In this document: one piece after another, positions 60,759 to 64,000 of the stretch
Numbering within the stretch: position 1 is the first letter of the stretch
Layout: every line of letters starts with the position of its first letter
Made by a program: the position numbers and the translations under genes
The notes under the pieces: generated by a model
What the model was told of the DNA's origin: nothing
Database searches by the model: none
The model's input: only the letters and a program-made list of their open reading frames with translations
Assembly: GCA_004764695.1 (NCBI GenBank)
Contig: SMSO01000006.1
Coordinates: 1,131,859 to 1,195,858 of the forward strand
Direction of reading: 5' to 3'
DNA length: 64,000 bases
DNA from: Schizochytrium sp. TIO01
Taxonomy: Eukaryota > Protista > Bigyra: Labyrinthulomycetes

Positions 60759-63700
60759 TTATGTATGGAAATGAGGAATCGTAATTTGCTCCTCGCTATG
60801 AAATTTGATATTGCAATGCTTACAAATGTAAGCATTGCAAGTTTGGCACCATCGAGTGGTCTTCCGTGGATTACGATATGGATGGTCTGGCGCCGATCCC
60901 CGTTCGCAATCAACACAACACATAATGCAGGCTCCCCTCTTCTTGAACTTGCCCACGCATTCATGCTGTCCAACTAAACGAGTTTGTAGAAGTTCTGGGA
61001 GTCGTGACTTACTGTATTGATACTGTTGCGGCGATTCTAGCGAGGCTGTAGAAGTAGGCGAAATGGTGTTATCAGTTGCTCTCCAGCAGAATTCTATGTC
61101 AGACATGGAACAAGTATTGTCAAATGGGTAAAGGGATTCCATTGAGACAACCCTAATTTCTTCTGCGAGACTACTTAGATAGCCTCTATAGCAGCACAGA
61201 TTTTTGCGTAGCATTGACCATTCCGTAATTGTTTTACACTTCGATGTGAGGTTCCGATGCTCCATTGAGAGGAGCTGATACGCTCGAAACGAGTTGTATA
61301 AAATATAGTCAATGAATGTTAAACAAACCAAAGCATTAGGAGTCAGCTTTGAAGTACGAATGCTCGCTCCATTGATAGTTTTTCTAGTGATATCAACTCC
61401 GCCCATCATCTTATTCCAGACACTAACAGTCAAAGGCAGTAGGCGTTTGCAAGGCGGTGGGGTTCCGTTGACCAGCACGTCGTCACTATGCCTCCGCCAA
61501 AGCTGCAAAGCGAGTTCGGCACTGTGTAAATCCACAGCATAACCCCAGTCTGGTGATTGGTCTGGTGCAAAACGAGGAAACCTACCAAGTTGATTGCCAT
61601 AAGCAAAGCCCATGTATTCATCACTCAACGCTTTGAAATACTCACGCCATGACTGGCGCTGGGCACATGAGACTTTGATTAGCACTCCTTGCATGATTTC
61701 CTCAGTTGTGGCATATATAAGGAGGGTGTAAGGGACATCTAAAGTAGCTGCATGATGGATACACTGAGTTCGAAACGACGGATTTGGGACTAACGACTCG
61801 AACTCACTTGTTCCACATTTGCATTCGTGCCACGCACTCTGACCAGCAACTCGAGACTTTAACTCATCTATAGTTTTGGCATTTGTACTTGTTTTGATTT
61901 CTAAGGCAAATACATCATCTATAACAAAATTGTTTCCTTCTAGCTCTGTATTCCTCAAAAGAACAGCTGCACCGTCGGGTGAGTCTGCTACAAATTGGAC
62001 TTCCCGATTAATAATCAGACCATATTTGCGTAGCTGGAGAATACAGAATTTATTGGAACTTGCTTTCTTAACCCATCTGGAAAGATCTTTCGCCACGTCT
62101 GCCTCATTTTCAATCCCCAAAGCCAGTGGGTTTTTATGATTCGAAAACCCATTTTGAATAGGCTTCATAAACCAACTTGGTGTGATTGTTCTAAGAAATG
62201 ATTTCTGGCGTTCCTCGAAAGTGCATGTATGGTTATCATCAATCGTTTCAGAATTGTGCAAGGGAAAGCTGTCCCCAATGTCACTACTGTCACTCATTTC
62301 CAGCAGGTCTTGAGTAGTGGACTCCTGAGATGCATGCTGAGGGTGTATGTCTTCCTGTAAGGAAGATAGTTCTCCGTTTGAGACCGTTTCATGATCTATA
62401 GTTCTTGATAGGATGTCTACGATCCGCTTGGCTAGTTCGATCTTTTTGCCATCAGTCTTTGCACCTACATCCAAAGAAAGTAACTTTTGGATAAGCTCAT
62501 TTTTGTTCATACGTTGCATCCAGTATGTATATTCAAGAATAAGACCCTCCCCTTGACGCTTCCTTTTATATTGCTTCTGAGCTCCTTCAGATGAATAAGA
62601 AGAACGCTTATTAGGACGGGGGAATAATGAGATAATTCGTTGCGGGTCAAGACAAGCGAACGATTTCACATCGTGGTGTAAGGCCATAAGCTCATCCGAA
62701 TGAACGAATGGAGCATTTTTAAAGTTGATACAGGTAAAAGCACCGGTGCTTGTAATTCTAAATTGCCGAGCCATAAACCAGTCAGGTGTTCTTTGGGAAA
62801 TTGTCATTGAGAAGATATTGGCGTTCACAAGGTTAATTTTATGATTAGCTTGTGCCTTCATCTTATATGTACTCATGTCACACGGCTCTATCTCAATCTC
62901 AGCATGTGGAACGCGCTTTACACCACCTGGTGAGTTCCAATCTACTCCAGCAGGAAGTACTTCGTAACTCCAAACTTGGTCAGCCAAACAACGGTCGTTC
63001 GTGATGAGTTGTGCAACTCTATGCTTTCCCGCACCGTGACGCATCATCATCGCAGCAACAAAATCGCCATTCTGGTATCTTTGAGCGGTGTAGGTGCTTC
63101 GACGGCCATTCCTGTTAATGATAGTTTGACTTCCCCTCACAGGCGTAGCAGGAACTGGTCCTTCAACATCTATAAACGGGAATGACGAGGTCTTGCGACA
63201 AGTTCCAAGAAATTTGACTCCCTTTGACTGAAGAATTTGAGTTATGTTTGTTGCACGATCCATATCCTGAGGTTTCGATAATGCCAGATAACCACGATCA
63301 ATGAATACACGAAGCTCTGAAGACACAGACGCATCAGGGCTTTCTCCTGACTCCCCCTCATTCAGAAAATCTATTGCCTTGCTTACAATTTTATGAACAG
63401 GTGAGTGGGAAGTCTCTAACCGTGGTACTAGGAGCAGACCTGTACCCACAGAGCACACAAGATGTATCACGGGTTTCTGTTTTTTTGTTTTCGTTGGAAT
63501 GGTACGAATTCCAAAATTCTCCCACTGAGGAGAACCATAGGGAAGCTTGTCGTCATCAAGATCGATCCAAGTGGTTTTAGGGACAAAGAACATCTTCACC
63601 CAATGGCGCTGAGCAGCACCTCCCATTTCATGGATGATCGGACTTGAGGAGCATACTCTAGCCTCGCGTGACCCTTTTGTTGCCCGATTGGACTTGTCCA

Positions 63701-63998
63701 GGCTCATTGCCTTTCGAACTTTTGAATAGGATACCGTATGGGCTAGATTCCAATGACCTGGTGGGTCCTCAAGACACTCCGAGAACGACTTTCCTGCAAC
63801 TCGCAGAGAAATTTCAACGAGAAGGTAGGCACGGAAATCTTGATCCGTGATAGAAAATGGCGGAGATGCGTTTGAGCTAAGACTATTCAACCATTCCTTA
63901 ACTGCAATCACCCAGCCTGGCGGCAAACAAATCTTGAAACTATCAAGCCTGGTAAATTTGTAGTTATTGTCAACACGAAGAACCTTTCGAATCCTTTT
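60759..63998 (-). CDS. piggyBac-type DDD transposase with inserted YqaJ/lambda-exonuclease and SAP-like domains and a C-terminal Cys-rich domain; 5' end outside the window
   Basis: Frame is open to the window edge (KRIRKV...LDSFKICLPP). piggyBac motifs IDLDDDKLPY, VFIDRGY, GVKFLGTCRK, VWNKMMGGVD, IDYILYNSF, CIMC...KTTRWCQTCNAYICKHC..FH. YqaJ motifs QRTPDWFMARQFRITST, GIENE, GLII...ADSPDG, LEIK, TQ. Confidence 0.88.
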   Translation of the reverse strand, partial: KRIRKVLRVDNNYKFTRLDSFKICLPPGWVIAVKEWLNSLSSNASPPFSITDQDFRAYLLVEISLRVAGKSFSECLEDPPGHWNLAHTVSYSKVRKAMSLDKSNRATKGSREARVCSSSPIIHEMGGAAQRHWVKMFFVPKTTWIDLDDDKLPYGSPQWENFGIRTIPTKTKKQKPVIHLVCSVGTGLLLVPRLETSHSPVHKIVSKAIDFLNEGESGESPDASVSSELRVFIDRGYLALSKPQDMDRATNITQILQSKGVKFLGTCRKTSSFPFIDVEGPVPATPVRGSQTIINRNGRRSTYTAQRYQNGDFVAAMMMRHGAGKHRVAQLITNDRCLADQVWSYEVLPAGVDWNSPGGVKRVPHAEIEIEPCDMSTYKMKAQANHKINLVNANIFSMTISQRTPDWFMARQFRITSTGAFTCINFKNAPFVHSDELMALHHDVKSFACLDPQRIISLFPRPNKRSSYSSEGAQKQYKRKRQGEGLILEYTYWMQRMNKNELIQKLLSLDVGAKTDGKKIELAKRIVDILSRTIDHETVSNGELSSLQEDIHPQHASQESTTQDLLEMSDSSDIGDSFPLHNSETIDDNHTCTFEERQKSFLRTITPSWFMKPIQNGFSNHKNPLALGIENEADVAKDLSRWVKKASSNKFCILQLRKYGLIINREVQFVADSPDGAAVLLRNTELEGNNFVIDDVFALEIKTSTNAKTIDELKSRVAGQSAWHECKCGTSEFESLVPNPSFRTQCIHHAATLDVPYTLLIYATTEEIMQGVLIKVSCAQRQSWREYFKALSDEYMGFAYGNQLGRFPRFAPDQSPDWGYAVDLHSAELALQLWRRHSDDVLVNGTPPPCKRLLPLTVSVWNKMMGGVDITRKTINGASIRTSKLTPNALVCLTFIDYILYNSFRAYQLLSMEHRNLTSKCKTITEWSMLRKNLCCYRGYLSSLAEEIRVVSMESLYPFDNTCSMSDIEFCWRATDNTISPTSTASLESPQQYQYSKSRLPELLQTRLVGQHECVGKFKKRGACIMCCVDCERGSAPDHPYRNPRKTTRWCQTCNAYICKHCNIKFHSEEQITIPHFHT

Positions 63999-64000
63999 AG

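Larger units (their letters stand above)
60525..64000 (-). mobile_element. piggyBac-superfamily DNA transposon (one end plus most of the ORF; exact boundary uncertain, other end outside the window)
   Basis: Intact, intronless transposase ORF plus downstream GGACGTA-N-TACGTCC palindrome; TSD and TIR pair cannot be confirmed from one end. Confidence 0.75.

Noticed and set aside
1-64000. tRNA, rRNA, CRISPR arrays, prokaryotic operons
   Set aside because: GGTTCGA hits (26044, about 39449) lack cloverleaf context; no rRNA-like or repeat-spacer structure seen; the DNA is eukaryotic with spliceosomal introns.

Overview
Gene-dense eukaryotic nuclear DNA, intron-poor with GT-AG introns and (T/G)ACTAAC branch sites. 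The style suggests a stramenopile protist such as a thraustochytrid, but that is inference. About 20 protein genes are supportable: a GRAB-domain golgin, MRPL43, TPGS2, NADP-glutamate dehydrogenase, SNU114, RPL10, an EF-hand protein, UFD2/UBE4B, an ABHD hydrolase, a DGQHR protein, ribokinase, RPF2, RPL38, a fragmented SANT gene, HemK, a CENP-U-like protein, a FAIM-like protein and several hypothetical proteins. A microsatellite-rich, gene-free stretch lies at about 13.2-20.3 kb. The outstanding feature is at the right end (60759->64000, minus strand): an uninterrupted piggyBac-type DDD transposase with a complete YqaJ/lambda-exonuclease domain inserted between its 2nd and 3rd catalytic aspartates. 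That nuclease domain is itself split by a SAP-like domain, and a piggyBac-like terminal palindrome sits at 60539-60565. A second notable item, missed by the ORF track, is a spliced gene for a small, apparently mitochondrion-targeted basic protein carrying the KANHGKRP signature of actinobacterial ribosomal protein bL37. All family calls come from motif recognition by eye; no database searches were run.
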